Assembly: GCA_902800245.1 (NCBI GenBank)
Contig: CADCDY010000003.1
Coordinates: forward strand, 27,534-91,533
Source of the DNA: an uncultured Prevotellaceae bacterium
GTDB taxonomy: Bacteria > Bacteroidota > Bacteroidia > Bacteroidales > Bacteroidaceae
Direction: 5' to 3'
Length of the DNA: 64,000 nucleotides
The notes beneath the pieces are model-generated. The model made no database searches and was not told the DNA's origin. It worked only from the letters and a program-made list of their open reading frames with translations. The position numbers and the translations under genes are program-made. This document shows positions 62,776 to 64,000 of this stretch, piece after piece (the stretch's first letter is position 1; every line of letters begins with the position of its first letter).

Positions 62776-64000
62776 ATGAAAAAGAGGATATTCTTCATTG
62801 CAACACTCGTTGGGATGATTGCATTTACGGGTTGTCAGAGATTTGATTTTGACGAAGCGCGAAATGAGGCTATTCGTCAGAATGCAACTAATATTTTTGG
62901 CGAAATAGACCCCAATCAGGACTGGAATTCATCCATTTCCGGTTCAGTTACCATTACTGCCGACGCCCCACTCTATGACGTTGTCAGTGTTCAGATCTTG
63001 ACGGAATCACCATTTTTGAATGATGATGCCCGAGTTGTTGCTGAGGCCAAAGCTCAAAAAGGACAAGCTGTCACATTGAACTATGATGTGCTCAATAGCT
63101 ACGAAACGCTGGTTGCAGCTTGCGTTGACAGCAAGGGCCATTACTATATCACTCCTTTTAAAGTCACTGACAGTCAGGTATCCTTTTTAGGTACGGCTAC
63201 AACTCGAGCTGCCAGGAGAACTGCAGCAACAGGAGTTCCTGATGCAAGCCTTATCAAGTTGGAATTAAATAATTCTGAGCAGTCATACAATGCCAAGCAC
63301 GCTATTAACAAGGAAAACGGATGGGAGAATTCCGGTTGGGAGAATGACCGTTTGTGGAAAATATCCAACGTTGCTGACTTGGGTAATGGCTGGAAAATGG
63401 ACTTAAAATGGAGTGATGGAAAGACAAATAGTACCGATTTCCACATCTACCGTGAGGTGGATGAGCTCTCCGCTACAGAGGAAGCCGAACTGAAAGCCAT
63501 CTTCAACACCACCCTGTTCCGTCGCGAGCTAAATGAAAAAGGGCAATACGTAAAGGTGAAGAATAACATCGACCGCATTAGGAATAGTGAACAGGTGACG
63601 CTCTATAGTAATCACCTTATAAGTGACGGTAAAAATGCTATCACCATTACACCAGTCATGATGCCATCTACCGATATTAGACCTGCTCATGTCTACTATT
63701 ATTATTTCAATCCAGATGACAAACCTGCTGGTATGAGTGAATCGGAATACATCCAGCAACTGCCCAAGTTCAAGGCCGTGGAGTGTGCACACGCTTCAAA
63801 GGAAGCTGAAAGAAGAGGCAAAGTTGTGGGTAATATGAATGCCGACAACGATTTCTTCAGAATTTACGAATATATTCTCCCCTATTTTGGCGATGTGGCG
63901 GACTTTATGCCTAAGACTGTGAACACCAGTAGCCTTTCCGCTGTAGCCGATCCCACGATTTACCGCATCAGGAATAAGGCTTTGAATCAGGAGTATTACA
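62776..64000 (+). CDS. Large lipoprotein, DUF4842/LruC-like N-terminus; runs off the right edge (partial)
   Basis: Absent from the ORF track. MKKRIFFIATLVGMIAFTGC lipobox, then NATNIFGEIDPNQDW and ATTRAARR. The frame appears open to the window end; promoter TATCTTTG near 62723. Confidence 0.65.
   Translation, partial: MKKRIFFIATLVGMIAFTGCQRFDFDEARNEAIRQNATNIFGEIDPNQDWNSSISGSVTITADAPLYDVVSVQILTESPFLNDDARVVAEAKAQKGQAVTLNYDVLNSYETLVAACVDSKGHYYITPFKVTDSQVSFLGTATTRAARRTAATGVPDASLIKLELNNSEQSYNAKHAINKENGWENSGWENDRLWKISNVADLGNGWKMDLKWSDGKTNSTDFHIYREVDELSATEEAELKAIFNTTLFRRELNEKGQYVKVKNNIDRIRNSEQVTLYSNHLISDGKNAITITPVMMPSTDIRPAHVYYYYFNPDDKPAGMSESEYIQQLPKFKAVECAHASKEAERRGKVVGNMNADNDFFRIYEYILPYFGDVADFMPKTVNTSSLSAVADPTIYRIRNKALNQEYY

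Overview
This is a chromosomal window from a Bacteroidota bacterium, most like a rumen-type Prevotella/Xylanibacter. The assignment rests on TAnnTTTG -7 / TTTG -33 promoters, A-rich translation starts without Shine-Dalgarno sites, gldE, and T9SS-type C-termini. Most of the window is core genes: a surface-polysaccharide flippase and glycosyltransferases, rsmG, ispE, lepA, glyA, gldE, ssb, four tRNAs, dapA, glgB, kdsB, nudC, lon, tgt, an LptF/G permease, a DEAD-box helicase and a TonB-dependent receptor. The most interesting block is about 25.9-42.4 kb. It holds three large, mosaic T9SS-cargo surface proteins with a 61-aa 'YxxP...LLAGS' leader-like peptide gene between them. Upstream of them lies a ~420-bp composite palindromic element, and beyond that a sigma-factor-less partner-switching operon (SpoIIE phosphatase, RsbW-like kinase, STAS protein, His-less pseudo-histidine kinase). 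Degenerate 7/8/9-bp micro-arrays are scattered through the window, either at stop codons in short spacers or in frame inside proteins. Three short deletions break lon, the DEAD-box helicase and the kinase-like/DUF4494 junction; these may be assembly artefacts. I saw no CRISPR array, integrase, transposase or reverse transcriptase. All family calls come from motif recognition by eye, not from database searches.
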